Source: Eledone cirrhosa | Taxonomy: Eukaryota | Length of the DNA stretch: 64,000 nucleotides | Direction of reading: 5' to 3' | Assembly: GCA_964016885.1 (NCBI GenBank) | Contig: OZ024740.1 | Location: 153,574,001-153,638,000, forward strand | Shown here: piece after piece, positions 55,421 to 64,000 of the stretch | How the letters are laid out: each line of letters opens with the position of its first letter | Position numbering within the stretch: the stretch's first letter is position 1 | Position numbers and translations under genes: made by a program | The notes under the pieces: model-generated | The model's input: the letters and a program-made list of their open reading frames with translations, nothing else | The model's database searches: none | What the model was told of the DNA's origin: nothing

Positions 55421-56593
55421 AGGCAATCCAAATTGGATCGACAAGGGAACGGATGAATTGCGTGTTTTGGGGTTTTTCATCCGCTCCCTTGTGAGTACCA
55501 ATTCACCCCCACCGGCCTGCGCAAGCGCATGTCCGAAGGAAGTTGACCATTCGCCACCGCAGACTTCAACGAAATTTGCTTAGTCAGTTCACCCCGTCAT
55601 CCAAAACAATGGCCCACCAATGCCTGTACCATATTTTACTGCTACCCATCACGGCTGTGGCAGTCAGCCGAGAGCCAGAGGGGATGGGAGAGTGTTAGTT
55701 TTTACAGGTCATAATACTACCCCTCACCAAGCGTTGACGGTACGACAGACCATCACCTTATAAGGGAAAATAAACTTATTCTGTGTATCATGGTTTTACG
55801 TTGGAAGTTAAGAGTGAGAGTTGGAAATAAAAATTAAAATCCTAAATCAAATATCAGAAATTATAAATTAAACAATTAAGAAATTAACAATTAGAAATTA
55901 AAGAATTAAAAAAAGAATTAAAAAAATTCTTTTCAGGTGATAATTCGGATTGAGGTGAGTAAAAATATAAACTGAAGTGAGTAAATAATATGGAGAGAGA
56001 TGTTTAAGTAATATGTTCTGAGAGGGATTCTAGTGTCACAGTTACTCTATCCACATATTGAACGACAGTGATGTACATTACAACTACAGGGCTCCAGGCA
56101 TTAGTGAATCTGGTACACAGTTTTAATTTCCATCACATGGAACAAAATCAAAGAAAAACAGACATAAAGTACACAAAAGAAAAGAACAGAACCAATAGTG
56201 AATAAATGCAAAAACACAGAGTACATATATGCAAAATGATCCATAAGATTGTCCATCTGTCCATGTATAGATTGAATTGAGGGGGCCTCTGTTCAAATGC
56301 GATTTGGTGCAGGAAAATAGGGGTTTATCCTATTATTTGTTTCCGCGTATTTATCCTGCCGAAAGTTACTATTATGTCCGTCCAGTGTAAGAGGTTTCCA
56401 TCCCCATGGTAGAGGGAATTTCCGGGGTAGCTTATGGTTGGTTCCTCTCTTCTCCACCATATCGGTTACATCGTAAAGCGCTCAACTAATTGGAGCTAAA
56501 TTATTAGGGTAAATATTGATGCAATTCAATTCAAGCACTCAACGTACTTTTTCCACATAGGAGTGACGGAAACATAGCCTTATTATGTAACAA

Positions 56594-56667
56594 GCTGTCT
56601 GATGATGACACGACACTCGCACACAGAACAGTGTGGCCAGTGTCGTCACTGAAATATATATCACAGC
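56594..56667 (+). ncRNA. Type I hammerhead with long stem II
   Basis: gctgt CTGATGA tgac-acgacact-cg-cacac-agaaca-gtgtg-gcc-agtgtcgt-cact GAAA tatat ATC acagc. Confidence 0.78.
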
Positions 56668-56795
56668 ATTATTATTAAAGGACTTGAACATCTGAAACGA
56701 CTTCGCTTTTCCTTATTCGATATTTACTTCGTCACTCCTATGTGGAAAAAGTACGTTGAGTGCTTGAATTGAATTGCATCAATGTTTACCCTAAT

Positions 56796-57012
56796 ATCTA
56801 TCTATCTAAGGCGGGTAAAATTCCCGAGATCCATGGACGAGCTCTCTCCAGCGGTCTCTGTCCCTCATTATCGCTGCCATGTCCTGCATCTCCAACAGAC
56901 CAGTGTCTGTCCTTAGGGCATCAACATACGTTAACCTTGGTCTTCCTCTTCTAGTGTGTCCATGTAGGGGCTCCCAAAGGAGCACTGAGTGCAATGTCAA
57001 CTCTGGATGTCA
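56796..57012 (-). pseudogene. RTE-type LINE 3' end with (GATA)n tail
   Basis: LLWEPLHGHTRRGRPRLTYVDALRTDTGL..MRDRDRWRELV, then agatagatagata. Confidence 0.82.
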
Positions 57013-57169
57013 GTCTCCTCTGTAACAACGGCTGAATGAGAAAAATATGGAAATTTTGAAATTTGAAATGTATTCGTCTCAACGCAAATAACTATAATTG
57101 TTTCTACTTCTGGCACAAGGCCAGGAATCATTCCAGTGTATTACTGGTACATTATTTTATCGACTCACC

Positions 57170-58090
57170 TTTACACTCGTAGATGACCTGAAGAAGATGT
57201 GGGACTACTACTCCTACTGGCGCCTTCAGCCCAACCTAAGCCTTCTATCTCAGCACCAGACAAGAGAGGATGGAACTCAAAGTCTCTCTTTGTGGTAGAC
57301 CTGTCAGTAATGAATCACACCCCACATATATTGGTGTAACATTGGATCGCAGCCTGACCTACCAAGAACACCGAAAGTGGGTTGCCAGAATGCTCAAGAC
57401 CAAGATTAATATCATCTGTAAGTTAGCAGGAAAAGCTGGTGGTCTGATGCACACACACTCCGAACTGAGTGCTTAGTATTTGCATACTCAGTTGCCAAGC
57501 AAGTTGATACCATCCTCAACTCAACAGTGAGAATAGTATCTGGCACAATGAAATCTACACCTACTCAGTGGCTGCCTACCCTTTCTTATACAGCTCCTTC
57601 TGACATGTAGCGTCAGGAGATGATCCATCAGGCAGCTCTTCTTACCAAGTCTAAGTCCGACCTTCCAATTCATGAAGACCTGGAACACCTTCCCAACATG
57701 CACTTGAAATCACTCTGGGAATCTATGAAGACCCTTCAAAACAATAACTTTGATCTGAGGGAAGAGTGGCGAAGGTCATGAAATGAGTCCATATTTGCCG
57801 GCCAAGACCTCGTCCAATACCCCACATCTAAACCAGTCGGCTTTGACCTTCATAGAAAGCAATGGGTGTTCTTCAATCGGTTCTCACAACACATGCCTGT
57901 ACAGCCAATCATCTCCATCGATGGAAAATGACAGGTCAGGATCTGACTGTGGGGACACTGACCAGACACTGCTGCATGTTGCTCGGGATTGCCTCATCAT
58001 ACTTTTTTCCGGTGGCTTGTGGAGGGAATCCATAATACTACAAATGACGCTTTAGTCTGGCTCAGTAATCTCGATCTGTATCTGTAACCT
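57170..58090 (+). pseudogene. Decayed non-LTR retrotransposon 3' half (tentatively I/Ingi/Vingi-like)
   Basis: PTYIGVTLDRSLTYQEH..KTKINIICKLAG and VDTILNSTVRIVSGTMKSTPTQWLP, with many stops. Confidence 0.7.
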
Positions 58091-58521
58091 TTATGTATAC
58101 GACAGGAAGAGAGTAATATATTAATAAAACGTATTGGTGTTGTTTTTCTTTCTCATAATCACTCATATTCGTCATGCATAATTAATTTCCGGCATACATC
58201 GTTTCCAGTGACTGAAAATCGTGATACTCTGACGTAAAGAAACATACGTGTATGACTTTGGTCATGTCACTTTTCTTGAATTTATTTTTGGCATAGTAAC
58301 TAACGGCATTTAACTATATAAATTATAGTTTCACTATATATACGTGGGCAGGAAGGGAAGGTAACTTGAATATGTGCAGACATAACACGTTATGATATCA
58401 CACAATCACACGCCTGCTTTACTAGGAATCTGAAAAAAAACCAAAAAACGAAAACACTACAGCACTATGATTTTAATGGTAGATCACAAAGTGTGAACAT
58501 AAAATTGTGTATATACACACA

Positions 58522-58674
<153 letters not shown>

Positions 58675-58734
58675 ATGTGTGTGTGTGTGTGTGTCTGTGT
58701 GTATATAAAATAAAGCCAAGGATATGAAATTATT

Positions 58735-59170
58735 ATGTGAATTGGCAGTATCGGTAGAGGGTTGGACGCCATGCTTTCTAGCACAGTTACGTCTCTTTAC
58801 AGTCTGAGTTCAAATCCCGCCGAGGTTAACTTTGCCTTTCATCCTTACAGGGTCGATAAAATAAAGTACCAGTAATGTACTGGATAATTGCTGGCCTTGT
58901 GCCTAAAGTAGAAACAATTATTTATTCATACATTTCTACGAAAGTTTCAACGCGGCTAGAATATCCCATCTATTTGAGGGGCAACTGAGGATTACTACTT
59001 AAAAACTATCTACATTATGGGTGCTTTAAAATAACAATAATTAATTGTTTCTACTTTTGGCACAAGGCCAGCAATTATATTACTGGTGCTTTATGTTATC
59101 GACCCCGTGAGGATGAAAGGCAAAAAGCATGGCGTCCGACCCTCTACCGATACTGCCAATCCACCGCCCT
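58735..59170. mobile_element. Tail-to-tail SINE family 1 pair: plus 58735-58922 and internally deleted minus 59043-59170
   Basis: Consensus head, core and tail on opposite strands. Confidence 0.85.
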
Positions 59171-59617
59171 TATTGTCTTATGGTATTAATTAACAATAGT
59201 TAATACCATAAGACAATATCAAGAAAATTTGAGTATTCAAAGTATGGATCTTTTTGGCAGGCAGTTAGATTTCAAGTCCAATTTAAGCATAAACTTGTAC
59301 AAATGTATTTTTCAGACATGCAAATTTATAAATTTATCTGTGCCTTTTTTCCGGAAAAAGTATTTTATAACTAAAAATTGAATACAGTAGTGGTTGTTAA
59401 ATACTTTCTTTACAAAATTAGGGAGGTTTTTCAGTTATTTATCAGAGAAACATTTGAAAATTTAAATGCTCTGTAACCTGGACAGCTCCTTAAATCATCC
59501 ATTTTTTTTTGCTCCTGAAGAACAGAAGATGGTAAAGTGCATCGAGATTATCTCATCTTACCAATGAAAATAGTGAAGTGTTACAGCATAACCTCATATT
59601 ATATATATATATATATA

Positions 59618-59652
<35 letters not shown>

Positions 59653-59656
<4 letters not shown>

Positions 59657-59790
59657 CGGACTCTCCCGTCGATCTCGTCAGTTGGCAGATGTCCGTCTCT
59701 AATGTGACGCTTAAGACTCGTCACAGATTTGCAATCAAAGCCACATAGGGGGCAAGAACATCGTTTACGAAGTGATTCTTTCAAATTGAT
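59653..59790 (-). pseudogene. LINE 3' end with C2H2 finger (RTE-like)
   Basis: CPLCGFDCKSVTSLKRHIRDGH, followed by gacgagatcgacgggagagtccgtcat and (AT)n. Confidence 0.6.
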
Positions 59791-60248
59791 TTGTTTTGAG
59801 CATTACACACCCCGCATACTCTATTATTTTCTTCGGTTTTTTTCTCCCTGCTCGCTGCGTCTATCTATTCAGGACTAACATCCAAACTCTCTCTCCCACT
59901 CCGCCTTCTATGCATACTTTCTCCTCTCGGCTAATATGTTGGGCTTTGTTTCTATCTCCTCTTTTCAGTTGCAATAGATTGGCTTATAGCAAATTTATTT
60001 TATTTTATTATATTTGTAAATAGTCGGAAGACCAGTTGTCGTATCATGTGTCCATTTATTACTATCCTTTGTATAATGGAGTTAGTGGTATCGACTTTGA
60101 TGCACTGAAGTCAAGAGATTGACTGATGAGAAGGGACTGTTAAGCGTTTCGCCCGTTTTTCCGGTGTCTTCGCTCAATTTCTTTTTGAATTAGTTTTAAA
60201 AGACCATACGGGTCATTCTTTCAAATATATATATATATATACATACAT

Positions 60249-60350
<102 letters not shown>

Positions 60351-60488
60351 GTGAGGTTTTTTTTTTAACAAAATGAAAAATAACCGAGGTGTCCTACACG
60401 AGTGAAAGTATAAAGAAAAAAAAGATGAAATCGAAAATGCAACTGGAGTCTTATTTAAAAAAAATATATATATATATTTATTTGGTTC

Positions 60489-60524
60489 CTTTACCGGTTT
60501 CGCAGTTCTTCTGCTTTTCAAAAG
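60489..60524 (-). ncRNA. Minimal type I hammerhead with U3-A8 core
   Basis: Reverse strand reads ctt TTGAAAA gcag-aagaa-ctgc GAAAC cg GTA aag, in an island of about 220 bp between (TA)n tracts. Confidence 0.72.
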
Positions 60525-60559
60525 TAGAGTTGAGATGGAGGGTCTGTGGTTTTTCTCAC

Positions 60560-60625
<66 letters not shown>

Positions 60626-63600
60626 TTGTGTGTGTGAGTGTGTTTGTGTTTGTGTGTATGTATGTATGCTTGTATGCATGGCTGTGTGTCTCTTGGTTAC
60701 TATGTAAACACAACTGTCACGTGACGTACCATAAACTTAACGCACGCTATAATGATATGGTTTTAATGCTCTGAAATCAATATTCACCGGCTTAACTACC
60801 GGATGCATGAATGATATTTTTGTAACGAAACACTCGATACATGCGTATGTTTGTGTATGTTTTTGTGTGTGTGAGTGTATCTACATACATATGTATCTAT
60901 GTATATATATATATATATATGTATATATATGTGTATATACACGGGTACGTCTACATAAACATGTCTATATGTCTGTATGTCTGTATGTCTGTATGTCTGT
61001 ATGCATGTATGTGTGTGTGTACGTGTATAAGTGTATGCATGTGTATATGTCTGTAAGTGTGTGTGTATGTGTGTGTATGTGTGTGTGTGTGTTGGTGTGT
61101 TGGAACTCCGTCAGTTATATGGACGACTGTTGCTGTTGTTCGAAAAGCGGAACATCCTGTTCGAGAAATTTTAGTACAAATGGTTCAGCATTCCACAAAC
61201 ACTTGTGCCCATAACATAGTTCTCAGGGAGATTCAGAATGACACATTTTGTTACAAGTCCGACTCTTTGAATTATAGAAACATCTCATTTTTCCAGATGA
61301 GCTTACAGGAGCAACCTACTGACACCTACGTGGAATCGAGCCTTGTATATCTCGAATACTGGGCATGTGCTCTAACCACTAAGCTAAAGAGCGGCTGGCC
61401 ACCAAAACTGTCTGTTTAGATTTTAAGCAGCCTCTTGCTAGATTGTAAGCCTCTTTTAAAGCGGTTGACTTAAGAAGCTTTGAGAAATTAAAAAATGTTT
61501 AATGTGTGTATCCCAACGCAAACAACCATCATAATAGTCAAGCACTATATATATAATAGTTTTAAAAAACTCGGTAAAACACTCCTGGAGATGAAAGAGA
61601 TATGGACAGATACGCCTGCGTAGAATCAACTCTCACGTTCATTTACATCTGAAAACGCCCCGCGTTCAATGAAACAAAACTATGCTTTTAAGATGTTTAT
61701 ATATCTCTAAAAACCTTCAATCATAATTTTATGTAAGAACATTTATTTTCCAAACACCAACTTAATAACGAAAAACTTAGTTATATTACTAAATCCCTTG
61801 ATTATTTTCAAAATGACGTCTTTCGTTAGAAATATGGTTAGGAACGGATTAAGTATAGTGTACACCCAATATTAATAAATTGTCAAATCGATTGATTTAC
61901 AAATTATGGTAAAGGGAGGTTACTTAAAAGGGTTAAGTTACAACTATCCCAATGGATGAGTTTAATCAAGAATATTTATGTTCGTTATTAATTGACGAAT
62001 CAACTGAAAACATAAAAAAATCTAATATGATGTTTGTGGCGTACTTTTCACATGAGGAGCAGAGAACACAGACATGCTCTTAATGATAAAACTGGTGAAA
62101 AACTGGGCTTGTGGCGGATAGAGCAAATAATGTTATTGGACATCATAATTCTGTGTTTTCGTTATTCAGAAATATTAGCCCAAAGATTACGTTTGTAAAC
62201 GTTACATACCAAAGTTTGGTTTCATACTGCCAAAAGGTGATTGCTTGCTTCCCTTTTAATTTAACTTCGCTGTTATCAGAAGTTTCAAATTGATTTAGCG
62301 CTGGCGCCCTTTGTCGAGGTGATTACAAGTAAAATTCATTAATGAATGATGTGCATGCTTCCAAACATTTGTCAGTTTAAGCACGATCAGTTGGGTGGCC
62401 AAAAGGGAATATATACAGATAATCCTTCAGCTATGGGGAAGTTCAAAGCTTAATTTATGTCAATTGTTGAAAAGGAAATGAATCACATGGTTTGTACTCT
62501 AAGTGATATGCTTCAAGACGAAACCAGTAAACCTTATCTTCACTTCGCTTGTATCTTATCTTGAATTTCGTACTTGTAAGTGCAGTTTTCTTAAAATTTC
62601 AAATCTCAACTTTAACTAACTACTTAAAGAGTTTGTACTACAATCGTGTACTAAGATTTCCGACCAAGAAACGATGCGCAACACTTTTACTGTGGTGATA
62701 AACTCGGAGAAAGGTTTAAATATGATTTGGAATGCAACAACTGAAGCATAGAAACAGAAAATAGAGTTTTGAAACATAATGCATTCAAGTTCTCTTTGTT
62801 GTAATTATAAACTGAAGCATTTTAGGCAAAATATGACAAAACATCTTGAAAAGTATTTTTAATGAAGCCCAGAGCAAGGTGCTAGATTTTGAGATGGAAT
62901 TAAACTTTCCCGTGGATGCGGAGGCGGCAGTCGAAAGAGAAAGATGCATGATGACACAACACATCATGCTAATCTGGCTAAAATGAAAGACTAAAAGTAT
63001 TTACTAGAAAGGACCTACTTCATGAAATCTGTTTTATGTTATAATTGATAATGTTATTGCATGATTAATTGAATGCTTCAATGCTGTTAAGTGGTTGGCA
63101 GAAATTTTGATTTATTGCGAAAATATCATTCAATGATTGAAAATGAACGACGATAAAATGTGAAAGAAATATCCTAATGAACTTAACAATGAAGATCTTG
63201 TAACTGAAATGCTCGTCTTGAGATTGTCGACAATTTCAGCTGAAGCAGTATAAGCAGGAAGATCTTTAAGTTAACTAAAACATCAAAAATCTATTCAGGA
63301 TTACCATGTTTCAAACCTGACTTGCTGATTTCATTAGACTGAGTATTGAATAAACACTACCAGATACATTAAAAGCAATATGTGTTGAACCTTGCAAAAT
63401 TTATCTTAGAAGACTTGTGTTTTTTTCCTCCCGTGGCTAGGCCCTCACACACCGTTCTCTCTCTCTTTGACAGTTGGCACATTTAGGATACTTTTTCATC
63501 TATGTTTGTGTAATTCGCCTAAAGGCATAATTTGTCTCTATCTGATTTGTTATGTCCCAATATGTACTGGAATGAACGATCTAAACCTTAAGGCAGCAAA

Positions 63601-63690
63601 ACCGTAGTGATTTCCATAGGTTGACTGAGAAGAGCAATGTTATAGACCAAGATCTCATCTCAGATGAGATTTTGGTTTTGCTTGATAAAC

Positions 63691-63781
63691 AAGCCTGATG
63701 AGGAGATTGGGCTGGACTCGGATCTACAACATTAACATGGATCCTGAGTCACACATCTGTGAAACAGTCGTAACTGTGCAT
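63691..63781 (+). ncRNA. Degenerate hammerhead-like fold with long stem II
   Basis: CTGATGA gg-agat..gactc-ggatc..gatcc-t-gagtc..atct-gt GAA-acagt-cgta-actgt-gcat, then aataaa. The cleavage nucleotide appears to be missing or G. Confidence 0.4.
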
Positions 63782-64000
63782 AATTAATAAAGACCCTAAG
63801 GTGAAACCTCGTTTTGTTTTTAATATAAACATTCTGGCATAGCATAAAGTGCTGATTTTGGTACCTTCCTTAGTAAGCCACGAATCTACATATATATATA
63901 CAGTATATAACAAAGAGGGTGTGGTAAGATACCAGGTGGACCATAACGCATCAGAGTACTCAATACTTAGAGTAGTAGAGTGGGTAATATGAAAAGAGTC

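Noticed and set aside
62280-63400. Possible decayed DNA-transposase (hAT-like) sequence
   Set aside because: I could not read any convincing motif or TIR.

Overview
This is AT-rich, repeat-saturated animal genomic DNA with no convincing host protein-coding gene. The tRNA-derived SINE families and the microsatellite load suggest an octopus/cephalopod, but that is an inference. Almost all ORFs in the supplied track are microsatellite artefacts. The real content is many tRNA-derived SINEs, decayed RTE and other LINE fragments, two non-autonomous Helitrons, a MITE pair, and two truncated Penelope-like (RT + GIY-YIG) retroelements. The most striking signal is a set of unrelated non-coding 300-560 bp elements, usually bounded by (TA)n and present as 1.x-mers, tandem arrays or fold-backs, that carry type I hammerhead-ribozyme folds (CUGANGA...GAAA...NUH with palindromic minimal stem III). 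Several are non-canonical: U3-A8 compensated cores, a mismatch at the base of stem II, and long branched stem II. They look like a local population of retrozyme-like or Penelope pseudo-LTR elements. All structures were paired by eye. No folding, alignment or database search was run, and boundaries are approximate.
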